Counted from the first letter of the stretch, positions 52,929 through 63,170 are shown. The stretch is 64,000 nt of DNA from an uncultured Chloroflexia bacterium (GCA_963765765.1 CAVXYC010000015.1:96001-160000); one strand, 5' to 3'. Made by a program: numbers and translations. Notes: a model not told the origin generated them from the sequence alone.

Positions 52929-54578
52929 TCAGCCGTCTGGGAGGCGGCCAGGAGCGACCAGTCGCCGCTCGCGAGCGCCGGGCAGAGCCTGGCTCACGTC
53001 GCAATTCGTTGTCGCGGCTTCGGCGACGGGGTCGAAGAGCTCCGGATGTCCGACGAGGATAGCGCCCTGGACCCTTCCGGACCGGAGGATGAGCTTGCGG
53101 TACCGGCGCGCGTCGCCTTCGTCGACGCGAATCTCAGCGACATCCTCGCCTGATGCCGTTATCTCCCCGACGGACAGGAGATCGATCCCGGCAACTTTCA
53201 GCTTGGTGGGGGGCGTGATGGCTCGATAGCGACGCGCCTCGCCGAGCATGTTGGCGGCCGCCACCCGGGCTTGTTCCACTCCAACCTGCCAGAGCCCGTG
53301 GACGCGGCCTTCGTAAGCGGCGACATCGCCGGCGGCGAAGATCTGAGGGTCCGACGTCGCCATGCGCTCGTCGACCACGACGCCCCGATCGATGGCGAGT
53401 CCGGCCGACTCCGCGAGCGCGACATTCGGCTTGATGCCCGTGGCCACGAGGCAGAGATCGGCCTCGAGGCGTTGGCCGTCCGAGAGCTCGACTTCCTCGA
53501 CGCGATCCGCACCGATGACGCGACGGGCCTGCACCTGGGGCAGGATCTTGATGCCCAGGTCGCTCATCATCTGCCAGAGCAGGGCGCCGGCGGGCCGATC
53601 GAGCTGGCGAGACAGCGGCCAGGGGGCGAGGTCGAGGACGAACACCCGCACGTCCATCTGGCTGATGCTCGATGCCGCTTCGAGCCCGAGCAGGCCACCG
53701 CCGATCACCACTGCCGTGCGGCACCGCCGGCGTCGGATGTGCTGCTGGAGCTGCACCGCGTCGTCGATGGACCGCAGGACGAAGCTGCCGGCCGTCCCGA
53801 AGCCGTCGATCGGCGGGACGAAGCACCCGGCGCCTGTGGCCAGAAGGAGGCGATCGTACGGGATCGTCTCACCGTCTTCCGTAGTCACCTGGCGCCGGTC
53901 GCGGTCGATCGAGCGGGCGGCCACCCCGCGGAGGTGGCGGATCTGGCGGCTCTCGGCCCAATCGTGGGGCATCAAATACAGTTGGCTGATCGCCATGGAT
54001 TCGCTGACCAGCTTGTTGATGACCATGCGATTGTAAAAGTCGTAGGGCTCCGCGCCGATGATCGTGATCTCGGCATCCGGGTGGCGATCACGAAGCTCGA
54101 CCGCCGCGGTGACGCCGGCGACGCCGTTCCCGAGGATCACCAGGCGCCGCACGTCCGCGGCCACCCGAACGGCCGCGGACACCGGCCCCGCGGACGCGGG
54201 CGCGAGGCCCGGCTCGGCCTGGACATCGATGCCCGGCGCAACCGTGATGGGGCCACGCACGCGGGCAGTGCAGGCCATGCGGCAGGCGGGCGGCAATCGC
54301 AGTCGCTGCAGCGTGGCGCGCTCCGCCGCTGATGGCGGAGACAAATTCTCCGCGCCCGCGATGATCCGTACCGGATCCGCCCCGCAGAGGCCCATCCGGC
54401 AGCCCGACTCGAGCGAGACCTGGTTCGCTTGCGCCACCTTGAGCAGTGACTCACCGGGGCGCGCAAGCACGGTCGGCCCGGGCGTAAAGCGGACCTCCGC
54501 TTTCTCGGGCAGAGTCTCGGCGTGGACCCGGAGCACGCTGTCGGCGACGCGTGGGGGCGTGTGGTGCTCCGTGGTCAT
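52929..54578 (-). CDS. 2Fe-2S ferredoxin fused to NAD(P)/FAD-dependent (rubredoxin reductase/NirB N-terminal-like) oxidoreductase
   Basis: CRMGLCGAD...CRMAC, GNGVAG, ATGA, GGGLLGLE, TSDPQIFAAGD, YRKLIL; extreme 3' end may be frameshifted. Confidence 0.88.
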   Translation of the reverse strand: MTTEHHTPPRVADSVLRVHAETLPEKAEVRFTPGPTVLARPGESLLKVAQANQVSLESGCRMGLCGADPVRIIAGAENLSPPSAAERATLQRLRLPPACRMACTARVRGPITVAPGIDVQAEPGLAPASAGPVSAAVRVAADVRRLVILGNGVAGVTAAVELRDRHPDAEITIIGAEPYDFYNRMVINKLVSESMAISQLYLMPHDWAESRQIRHLRGVAARSIDRDRRQVTTEDGETIPYDRLLLATGAGCFVPPIDGFGTAGSFVLRSIDDAVQLQQHIRRRRCRTAVVIGGGLLGLEAASSISQMDVRVFVLDLAPWPLSRQLDRPAGALLWQMMSDLGIKILPQVQARRVIGADRVEEVELSDGQRLEADLCLVATGIKPNVALAESAGLAIDRGVVVDERMATSDPQIFAAGDVAAYEGRVHGLWQVGVEQARVAAANMLGEARRYRAITPPTKLKVAGIDLLSVGEITASGEDVAEIRVDEGDARRYRKLILRSGRVQGAILVGHPELFDPVAEAATTNCDVSQALPGARERRLVAPGRLPDG

Positions 54579-54623
54579 CGATGCCTGCCGGCCACCGCGG
54601 TGCTTGCGTCTGGCACCACCGGA

Positions 54624-55091
54624 CTACAGTTCGCCGAGCAGCGCCAGGCGACGGTTGTGCTCACGAAAGCGCACGCTCAGGATGCGGCCCAGGTCCAGCA
54701 CGAAGCACATGGCGAGCCTCGGATACGCCAGACGCAGCTTGTCGAAGCCTGCCGGCGTCATGATGAGAGCTTCCGAATCCCCGACCGCCCGAACATCGGC
54801 TGATCGAGGCTCGCCATCGAAGAAAGCCAGGTCGCCGAAGATATCTCCAACTCGGAAGGTGCGAGCATGCCGAGGGCCACCTGGGGTCGGTATGAGTACC
54901 TCGAAGGCGCCCGCGGTGATGACATACAGACCGCGATCGGTGTCGCCACAGCGGATCGCCAGCTCGCTCGCGGCATAGCGGCGCGCCTCGGTGTAGCTCA
55001 GCACGGTGGCGATCTCGTCGTCGTAGAGGTCGTCGAGGAAGCCGGCGGTCTGCGCGTCGCGATCGGCGCGAAAGAAGACTGACGAGCCCAT
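54624..55091 (-). CDS. Stand-alone cyclic nucleotide-binding domain protein
   Basis: GD....LYVITAG, GDIFGDLAFFDGEPRSADVRA; no HTH. Confidence 0.88.
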   Translation of the reverse strand: MGSSVFFRADRDAQTAGFLDDLYDDEIATVLSYTEARRYAASELAIRCGDTDRGLYVITAGAFEVLIPTPGGPRHARTFRVGDIFGDLAFFDGEPRSADVRAVGDSEALIMTPAGFDKLRLAYPRLAMCFVLDLGRILSVRFREHNRRLALLGEL

Positions 55092-55120
55092 ATCTCACGT
55101 CTCCAGGCCGGGCCGGCGGA

Positions 55121-55528
55121 CTACTGCTCCGCGCCCTTGAGCATGATGTCCTGCACGACCTGATAGGCCTCGGCCCAGGCTGAGGTGTACTCGGGCTTCC
55201 AGGCCGAGCCGCCCATTTCGGCCATCGTCTCGAGCAGGACGGCGCCGACCACCGGATAGTGCTCCGGACGCGCCCCGTAGTCAACGTGTCGGGCACCGAG
55301 CTCCTCGAGGTCCGGAGCGATCACGGAGAGATCCCGGAGCGACTCTCGGAGCGTGATGAGAATCGCCAGCAACGAGCTCTTCTGGGTGTCCATGTCCACC
55401 GTCTCGAAGAGCGGCCGCGTACCGGGCGCGGTTTCGAACAGTCGATCGTAAAACCGATCGACGAGCTCCTGGCCGCGCGGGGCGATCAGGTCGAAGCTCT
55501 TCTCCAAGAGCTCGACATCCACTGGCAT
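55121..55528 (-). CDS. Single-domain globin (flavohemoglobin-type 3/3 fold)
   Basis: FYDRLF (Tyr B10), PLF (CD1), Gln E7, LGARHVDYG (His F8), EHYPVVG, AW..AY; GGAGG RBS. Confidence 0.92.
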   Translation of the reverse strand: MPVDVELLEKSFDLIAPRGQELVDRFYDRLFETAPGTRPLFETVDMDTQKSSLLAILITLRESLRDLSVIAPDLEELGARHVDYGARPEHYPVVGAVLLETMAEMGGSAWKPEYTSAWAEAYQVVQDIMLKGAEQ

Positions 55529-55730
55529 GTTCCCACCTCCAAACTGGATCGAGCGCACATCCTACTTCAGGGCCGGGATCGTAATGCTCCGCACGCCGCT
55601 CGTCAAGCGTTGCCCGCGCCCACCGGTGGAGCGCCGCCGCTCGGTTGGGACGCGCATCATCGGGCCGGATGGAAGGGCGCGGCCGATGAGTCCGGTTGTT
55701 GAGCAGGTTAGCGAGTGAACGCTCGGCGGT

Positions 55731-56148
55731 TCACGCGACTCCGATGATTTCGTGTGTCGCTTTCAGCAGCTCGTCAATGTCCATCGGCTTCGCGATCACC
55801 GGATGCTTCCCATACCGTGCCTGCTCATCCTGGGCCCGCGAAAGTAGCCCCTGCGCGGTTGACGTAAGTAGCAGTGGAATCCCCCGCGTGGTCACCGCGT
55901 CGTGCAGCTCGGTGAGCAGCGACCACCCCGCCTCCTGCCCGGCCACCAGATCCACGATGACCAGGTCCGGATGGAGGGCGTCGACGAGGCTCGAAGGTTT
56001 TCGGCACAAAGTTCGTCGTGGTGACGTTGAAGCCCTCCTCCTGGAACAAGATCCGGATGAAGTCGAGAAACTCCGGCGCTCCGTTCACGACGAGGATGTG
56101 CTTCCGGGCCATCTGCTGCTGTTCATCGCGGCCGTCGTCATGACTCAT
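55731..56148 (-). CDS. Single-domain response regulator (frameshifted)
   Basis: HILVVNG, PDLVIVDL, IPLLLTS, AKPMDIDELL. Confidence 0.8.
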
Positions 56149-56463
56149 GCGTTTCACCATCCAATACTGTCATTCTCGATCACCGAGCTGAGCTTCTGAG
56201 TGCTGCCAATTCTATGACGCGTACTTTCTACAGATATTGTGGGCCCCCGGAAGGAGGGCGATCGTGGGGGACAATGGCAAGGGCAGCGGCAAGGCGATAC
56301 AGTTGCCCTCCGCGGCCGTCTTTACAGACTCCCGGTTGGGCCGCCGCTCCCATCTGCTCGGCGTAATTGTCCCGCGGCATGGCTGCTCCTTCGCACAACT
56401 GTGCACGCTCTCATCGGGGTGTTGGGCAGATCTTAGGTCGTGCCTCCGCCGACCTGGCAGCAT

Positions 56464-56511
56464 GACGAAGGGGCTTGTCGCGAAAATCGACAAGCCCCTT
56501 CGTCCTCTTTA
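56464..56511 (+). terminator. Terminator-like hairpin with no evident upstream gene
   Basis: 17-bp arms GACGAAGGGGCTTGTCG / CGACAAGCCCCTTCGTC followed by ctctttatgtt. Confidence 0.5.
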
Positions 56512-56892
56512 TGTTCCTCGTCACCTCAGGTTTACGCGCGTGGGAGTCCGGAAGTGGACTCGTGCCCCGGTGTGTCTCGGCCCGACAGGCTGACGAGCAC
56601 TACGGCGGATCCTGAGGGGTCTGTCTCGCTCCGCGTTCTTTGAGCGCGGAGCCTCACTGATCCACTTCGAAGCGGTGCTGGAGGACAATCAATTTCACGT
56701 GCATAGGCCCTCCCTGGGGTCAAATTTAGCGGACGCTCCGAACGGTCCGCGTATTTTTTTGTACCACTTCGAGCGACCTCGAGCAAGAGGTTCGGAGCCA
56801 TTTCCGGGGCCGCGTCCTGGTCTGATCAGATCGTCATACAGGCGGTGTCAGCGGAGTATCCGAACGAAGTGGGCATGATGAGCGGTTCCCGC

Positions 56893-57156
56893 CTAGAGAG
56901 GGGCGCTGTCACGCGGCATCGAGGCACTCAAACGATCGTAGAAATGGACGATCGCTTCTCCAAACCCATCGTGTTGTTCGACCAGACTGAGATGACCGGC
57001 GGATTCCAACTCGAGCAACTTCGATCCCGGAATCGTCCCGTGCATCAAGCGGCTCACCTCCGGCACGAAGACGCGATCCGTGTCCGATGTGAGCACCAGC
57101 GTGGGCGTCGTCAGCGTACGGAGTGTCGCGGTCTCGTCGAACTTAAACGACGCCAA
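56893..57156 (-). pseudogene. C-terminal fragment of an alpha/beta hydrolase
   Basis: PTLVLTSDTD, IPGSKLLELESAGHLSLVEQ; nucleophile region absent. Confidence 0.7.
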
Positions 57157-57505
57157 ATGGACCGGGTACGTTCTGTGCCTTACGGCCGGACACGGGCCGC
57201 GGGTCGGGCGACACTGACCCCGACGGAGAGAAGGTCCAGAAGGTGGCGGAGGAGACGCAGTCGGCGGCTCAGAAAGCGGCCAGCGAGCAAAAGCTTACGG
57301 CGTAAGAACGCTAATCTCCAGGCAACCGGGGCGGCTGAGAGGCCGCTTCAGTTTTTGCCTGGGGTAATGGCCAACAGCTTCCCGGGAAGCTGTTGCGGAT
57401 CGCTACCGATCGAACAGGATACTTCCTTCGGTCCGTGGACCCGCTCACGCCGATTAACGCCGTTCCGGTAGGGGTAGGAAATTGAGCTTCAGAAGGAATC
57501 CACCG

Positions 57506-58000
57506 ATGAATGGTGACGAACGCGACGCGCTCCAGGCGCTGGTGGATGAGCAGCGAAAAACGATCGCCGAGCTCCAGACGCCGGTCATTCAAATCTGGGA
57601 TGGCATCCTCGCGCTGCCGATTGTCGGCAGCCTCGATACCGCTCGCACGCTGGATATGAATGAGGCCCTGCTCGACAAGATCCAGGCCACCGAATCGGAG
57701 ATCGTCATTGTGGACATTACCGGCGTGCCCTTGGTCGACACCGCCGTCGCGAAGCATCTGCTCGAGACGGTGGCCGCCGCCCGATTGCTGGGTGCCGAAG
57801 TGCTGATCGTCGGACTCTCGACCACCATCGCGCTCACGCTCGTGCATCTGGGCCTCGATTTGGCGGGCGTCACCACACGCACCACCATGGCCAAGGGGCT
57901 CGAACTGGCCTTCGCTCGGCTCGGTATCGAGATCGTCGCGCGCCGGGGCAACCGCGACCGAGCGGGGGGCCATCGGTTCGACGCTATCGGAGATCTGTGA
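57506..58000 (+). CDS. RsbR-like STAS domain protein lacking a sensor domain
   Basis: LQTPVIQIWDGILALPIVGSLDTAR, DITGVPLVDTAVA..L. Confidence 0.9.
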   Translation: MNGDERDALQALVDEQRKTIAELQTPVIQIWDGILALPIVGSLDTARTLDMNEALLDKIQATESEIVIVDITGVPLVDTAVAKHLLETVAAARLLGAEVLIVGLSTTIALTLVHLGLDLAGVTTRTTMAKGLELAFARLGIEIVARRGNRDRAGGHRFDAIGDL

Positions 58001-58604
58001 CGGACGCGTCGCGAGACGTTCGAATAACCATCGAGACACGTAAGAAACCGGGTTCTGATGATAGGGTATCAAAACGAGCGCTTCCTCAATTGGGATCACG
58101 GGTAGTGGATTCGAGGCTGTTCAGACCGTACTCTTTCTCCCCGGGCTGGCCACTCACGGGCGGTGTTCCAAGGGTCGGATCGCGTGACCGTCCTCCGGAC
58201 GGCTGCGGGCCCGCGCAGATCGGTAGGACCAAACGCGTCACGGCGCTTATCGATCCTCGGACCACCAGGGGCCGGTGCACTCGGGAGGAGAACGGTCAGA
58301 GGTAGAGAGACGCATCAGTTTGTCTGGGCGAAGCCTAGTGCCTCGTCCCCATGTAAATGACGTTGCTTCGGATGGGCAACGGGCTCAAGCGGGGGCTCTC
58401 GAGCGCCTGGCCTCGGGCGGCGTATCGGGCCGCTATATTGTGTTGCTCCAACCGTCGGAAGTCGAATGACGGCAGCGTCAATGTGAACGTGCTTCCGTGG
58501 CGTTCTCCCGCGCGCTCGGCCCCGGTAGTGATGATCGGGCGATGAACTGGTGGGTCCGAACTCCTGTAACTAGGCCGCCTGGCGCATAGGCTGGGTAGGA
58601 AAGC

Positions 58605-58722
58605 ATGCTCAACGTTACGCTGGACACAAACTGTTTGATCGATCTCGAAGAGGATCGTCCGAACGCCGTGCACGTACGGAAGATCATCGCGGCGGATGCC
58701 GCGGGCGTCGTGAAGGTTCGCC
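58605..58722 (+). pseudogene. Possible N-terminal fragment of a PIN-like protein
   Basis: MLNVTLDTNCLIDLEE after AGGAAAG; breaks off at the dioxygenase repeat. Confidence 0.4.
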
Positions 58723-58724
58723 CG

Positions 58725-58839
58725 CCTGGACCGCCCACGAGCACGTCAACAGCGGCGATCGTCCGGCCTATTTGTTCAGCTTCACCGCCGCCCCGCTATG
58801 AAAGCGCTGGATCTCTATCGCGAGGAGGCGGTGGACTGA
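58725..58839 (+). repeat. Diverged duplicate of the gentisate dioxygenase 3' end
   Basis: Aligns with 51769-51880; encodes WTAHEHVNSGDRPAYLFSFT...MKALDLYREEAVD*. Confidence 0.9.
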
Positions 58840-58955
58840 GAAAGAAGACATTATCCCGGGCTCACCGTCCTCAATCGAGAGCCTGACCGACTCGCCCTGG
58901 CGTGGGCGTTCCCAGCGAGGGCAGTCTGGTGGCTGCGCGCTCGGCGAACAGCGCC

Positions 58956-59759
58956 CTAGCGCGGCGGAGCCAATTTCGTGCCGCCAGGGATCTCAATCGA
59001 GATGCCGGCATCGACATGCAGCGTCTGGCCGGTGATCCAGCGCGCTTCATCGCTGGCGAGGAAGACGGATGCCCAGCCAATGTCCCAGGCGGTGCCTTCG
59101 TCCTTGATCACCCCTGACGTTGCCCGCTCCTCCCGCCCCTCGGGCGTCAGCCGCCCGGCCACAAGTGGTGTGTAGACCTGGCCTGGGGCCACGGCGTTGA
59201 CGCGAATACGGCGGTCACCCAGTTGGCCTGCTAAAGCCACGGTCAGGCCCATCGCCGCCGACTTGCTGGTCGTGTAGGCGGTCGACGTCGGTGGGTAGGC
59301 ACGCACGGCCGCGATGGACGACAGATTTATTATCGAGCCGCCGCCGGCCTGCTGCATATAGGGGACGACCGCCTGCGCTGCCATTACCATGCTGCGCAGG
59401 TTCACCTGGAAATGATGATCCCAGTCCTCTTCGGTGATGTCCTCGAGCTTCTGGCGCGACGGGATGCCCACGTTGTTCTGCAAGATGTCGATGCGGCCGT
59501 AGCGCTCAGACGCGGCGGCAGCCATCGCCTTGCACTGGGCCTGCTTGCTGACGTCGGCTACGAAGGCCGATGCGACGCCACCCTCGTCACAAATGAGCCC
59601 AACAGTCTCCTGCGCGCGCTCCTCAACGATGTCGACGCAAAGCACGCTCGCGCCTTCCCGCGCGAACAGGATTGCCGCGGCCTTGCCATTCCCGACGCCG
59701 GGGCCGCTGGAGCCCGCCCCGGTCACGATCGCTACTTTTCCCTGGAGTCGGTCAGCCAT
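58956..59759 (-). CDS. SDR family oxidoreductase
   Basis: TGAGSSGPGVGNG, NNVG, YTTSK, ITGQTLHVDAG. Confidence 0.92.
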   Translation of the reverse strand: MADRLQGKVAIVTGAGSSGPGVGNGKAAAILFAREGASVLCVDIVEERAQETVGLICDEGGVASAFVADVSKQAQCKAMAAAASERYGRIDILQNNVGIPSRQKLEDITEEDWDHHFQVNLRSMVMAAQAVVPYMQQAGGGSIINLSSIAAVRAYPPTSTAYTTSKSAAMGLTVALAGQLGDRRIRVNAVAPGQVYTPLVAGRLTPEGREERATSGVIKDEGTAWDIGWASVFLASDEARWITGQTLHVDAGISIEIPGGTKLAPPR

Positions 59760-59973
59760 TTGACACCCTCATTACTCGTCGTGCTCGCGTGGCAGTCTAG
59801 CAGCACTTGCAGCAGTATGCGCCGTATCGTTCGGGTGTACTTCGCGCGGCGCCAAAAGGCTGGGCAGGGACAGGGGCCATTGGCCGCACTGCTGGCTCAC
59901 TGACCAGGGGAATGCTCGATGACTGCTCGCCGTGGTGGCATAGTCTGCAGCCAGCAGAACGGAGGCACGCCCC

Positions 59974-60527
59974 ATGGCACGCATACCACTTATCGACTCA
60001 CGCGATCAGTTGTCCGAAGCGGACCAAGGCTATCTATGCCGAGACGCTGCGCATGCCGGGAGTAAGCCGGCAGATCACCGGTCCGCAGCGGCTGGTCCTT
60101 CGGGATGCGAAGCTCAATCACGCCTTCCAGGTACTCGTTAGCGGGCTGCGCACCGAGACCACGGTGACCGATCTCGATCACGAGCTGGCCATTCTGGCCA
60201 CCGTACGAGAGATGCGTAGCACCTATCCCTGGGGCGCCACGTGACCCGCGCTCGGGAAGCCGGCGTCTCGGAGACGGCCATCGACGTGATTCGGAGTGGG
60301 GCGACCGTGGACCGCCTGCCTGCTGCGGGTGCCGACATCGTTTCGTACGCGCGGCAGCTCGCGCGCGATGGTCAGGCGGAGCAAGCCGTGTTCGATCGTC
60401 TCCTGTCCGCGCCCGATGAGCGCTGCTCATGGAGCTGACGCTGCTGATTGCGTAGTACTGCGGCATCGCCACGTTCGCGAACGCATTCGAGATCGAGCCG
60501 GCGGACATCTGCCACCTGCCTTGCTAG
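59974..60527 (+). pseudogene. Carboxymuconolactone decarboxylase/AhpD-like protein, disrupted
   Basis: MARIPLI, ELAILATVRE...YPWGA, AREAGVSE, ELTLLI; several frameshifts and an in-frame TAG near 60453. Confidence 0.65.
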
Positions 60528-60731
60528 GGTCGGTTTGTGACGGGACGGTGGTTGAACACGCACGGCTACACGAATCGCGACACCCCCGGGCGGCGAATAG
60601 AGGACGAAAAGCGCGCACGTGCGAATAACCTCACCCCGGTGATTGGAGGGCGGCCGGCAGTCGGATGATGGTTGGTATAGAACCGTTAGCATCCGTTGGT
60701 GAGAGCATCTTAGACTGTCTATGGAGTCCGC

Positions 60732-62195
60732 TTGATATACCCATCTGACCGCCGTGGCATCTGGTGGCTTCCGTCTGACCCATCCAACATGGTGCCCGGC
60801 TCACTGAGCTACTCCCCCGAGAGGGGCGTCAACCTCGACCTTTCCGGCATTCTCCAAGCTAATCGGCACCCCCTGACCTTGGACGTGCACGACATCGTGC
60901 TCGGTATTGTGGACGGCAGCATCCCGGTAACCCTTCACCGGGTGACGGCCAGAAACACAAAATTCGATTGGCCGTCGAGGCAGGACCTACACGTACAGTG
61001 GGCCTTCATCGGATGCCACTGCGACACCTCGTCTGATTTGCTCTTCGACCGAGCCAGAGCCCAGTACAGCCATCTAACAGACTGGGTGCGAAAGCCACCG
61101 TTCAAAGAAACATTGGAGCACGGCGCAAGCGGCGAGCGAGCTCGTTACGTTGTGGAGTACGTACGGCCTGCCTCCTTGACCGCCCGTGTTCGCGGGGCGA
61201 CGCTGACTATTGATCACGTGTTCCTTCAAGATACGGACTCACTACGCGACGTGTCGCTGCAACAATTGGCGGTAGTTGACGTTGTGCCGGATACTCCTCA
61301 GAGGCACGATGCGTTGCTGAGACAGTATGTCAGGCCGATGCAGGATCTATTGACCTTGTCGATGGATCGTTGCAACGCCCTGACGAACGTCGAGCTGCGG
61401 TTGTGCAATGACGATAAGAGGCAGCATGCCGACCCCTGGTGGAATGAGAGAATACAACTCTACTTTCAGCCAATCTTCATGGAAGATATCAGAGATTCCA
61501 AGAAGTTCTTCGCTCCAGCTCCAGAACATATAGTATTTGCGCTCTGGGATATCGAGAAGCGATTTGAAATCACAATCAACCGATGGATTGATTTAAGTGA
61601 AGAACTAGACAGTGTTTTCAAGACCTACTTCTCTCTGAAGTATCAAGAGTCTGCTGGATTCGTATATCAAGAGCAGAAATTTATTGCCGTATGTCAGGCG
61701 ATAGAATCATATCACAGGCGTGCGGTTCAATATACTCCTATGTCAAAGTCAGAATTTCGGACATTAACGCGTGGAATATATCGAAAGTTGAGCAAAGAAG
61801 AGTCAAACTGGATAAAACCAACATTGATGTACGCAAATGAGTACAGCATGAAGTCAAGATTACAGCAATTACTCGAGAAAGAATCAGTCATCATGAATCC
61901 TCTGATTTCAGACAGAGATAGGTTCATGAAATCGGTTGTTGATACGAGAAATTATCTTACGCATTACACCAGGACCAGCAAGTCCATCATCTTATCTGGT
62001 GCTGAAATGCACAGCGCGTTTGTTCTACTCGAGTTCCTTCTCGTTGCGTGTTTTCTTGATGAACTAGACAAGCCTCGCGGAGTCTTACCCGGACTACTAC
62101 GTCGCAATGACCGATACGCCCAGACTGCGAGGGTAGCGGGGAATGATGTTCGCACCTATCTCGAAGCGCCCTACAGCGGGTCTCATAGTAGTTGA
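60732..62195 (+). CDS. ApeA-type HEPN domain defence protein
   Basis: GIWWLP...GSLSY ApeA-like N-terminus, QAIESYHR, RNYLTH (RxxxxH); visibly AT-rich second half. Confidence 0.82.
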   Translation: MIYPSDRRGIWWLPSDPSNMVPGSLSYSPERGVNLDLSGILQANRHPLTLDVHDIVLGIVDGSIPVTLHRVTARNTKFDWPSRQDLHVQWAFIGCHCDTSSDLLFDRARAQYSHLTDWVRKPPFKETLEHGASGERARYVVEYVRPASLTARVRGATLTIDHVFLQDTDSLRDVSLQQLAVVDVVPDTPQRHDALLRQYVRPMQDLLTLSMDRCNALTNVELRLCNDDKRQHADPWWNERIQLYFQPIFMEDIRDSKKFFAPAPEHIVFALWDIEKRFEITINRWIDLSEELDSVFKTYFSLKYQESAGFVYQEQKFIAVCQAIESYHRRAVQYTPMSKSEFRTLTRGIYRKLSKEESNWIKPTLMYANEYSMKSRLQQLLEKESVIMNPLISDRDRFMKSVVDTRNYLTHYTRTSKSIILSGAEMHSAFVLLEFLLVACFLDELDKPRGVLPGLLRRNDRYAQTARVAGNDVRTYLEAPYSGSHSS

Positions 62196-63170
62196 TCCAT
62201 TGTCCCGTAACCGCAGTGCTGGAACCAGCCAGCGGCGTCGCGCGGGGTGATCGTGCGGAGCGCGGCCCAGGTCGCCGCGCGCAACGTTTCCTCCGTCCGG
62301 GCCTGGACCCGTCGCAGCTGCGCTTTCACCTTGGAGAAGGCTTCCTCGATCGGGTTGAAATCCGGGGAATAGGCCGGGAGGTGCCACATCTCAGCCCCCT
62401 GCGCTTCGATCAGCGCCCGCACCCGGGGATGAAAATGGGCCCGCAGATTGTCCATCACCACGATCTGCCCGGGGCGCAGCCGCGGAGCCAGGCCCCGTTC
62501 GACGTACACGGCGAAGGCCTGGCCGGTCATCCCGCCATCGACGGTCAGGCCCGGGAGCATGCCCGTCGGGGGCCGGGCGGTCACGACGGTGTGATTGACG
62601 CCGTTGTTCCGGGGCGCGGACCCTGGCGCGCGCGCGCCACGCGGGGCTCGGGAGTAGGTCGGCGTGAACCCGGTGTGACTGCCCGGTCTCGTCCACCCAG
62701 ACCCAGCGCCGCGGATCGATCGTGGCGGCCCGGTCCCGCCAGGCCGCGCGCTGGGCCTCGTTCCGTTCGGACGCGGCCAGCGACTTTTTTTGACCGTCCA
62801 GCCGAGATCGTGGACGATCACCCGGCTCAGCGTGGCCCGGCTCACTTCGATGCCGTGCTGCTCCGCGAACTGACGCCGGTAGTCGTTCAGCGTCGCGTCG
62901 GGGTGCGCCTGGACCAAGGGCAATAGAGGCGCCCGCAGGGCGGCCATCGTGATCGACGGCGCTCCCGGACGCGGGGACGTCCGCAGCGATCCCGTCTGGC
63001 GCTGGCGTCGCAGCCAGCGGACGATCGTGGGGAGAGAAACCTGAAACTGCTCGGCGACGACGGCCGGGGCACGCCGCGCTGGACTGCCGCCACCACCCGC
63101 TCACGCAAATCCACGGAGTAGGCCTTCATACTTCAGGCTACCAGACGATCAACTCCCCCTGGACCCGCTG
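62174..63170 (-). mobile_element. IS630-family insertion sequence
   Basis: Imperfect TIRs CAGCGGGTC-N7-AGTTGATC at both ends; TA duplicated at 62172-62173 and 63171-63172. Confidence 0.92.
62183..63129 (-). CDS. IS630 transposase (split frames)
   Basis: MKAYSVDLRERV, DETG, VMDN, LPAYSPDFNPIEE; A7 run at 62785-62791 at the KK junction. Confidence 0.9.

Noticed and set aside
56238-56660. SRP RNA (CCGGAAGG) or hammerhead ribozyme (CTGACGAG) in a hairpin-rich gap
   Set aside because: The SRP flanks CAGG/AGCAG and the hammerhead GAAA core are missing; an Infernal/Rfam scan would settle it
60450-60460. In-frame TAG as pyrrolysine or stop-codon recoding
   Set aside because: The gene has other lesions and TAG serves as a normal stop elsewhere in the window
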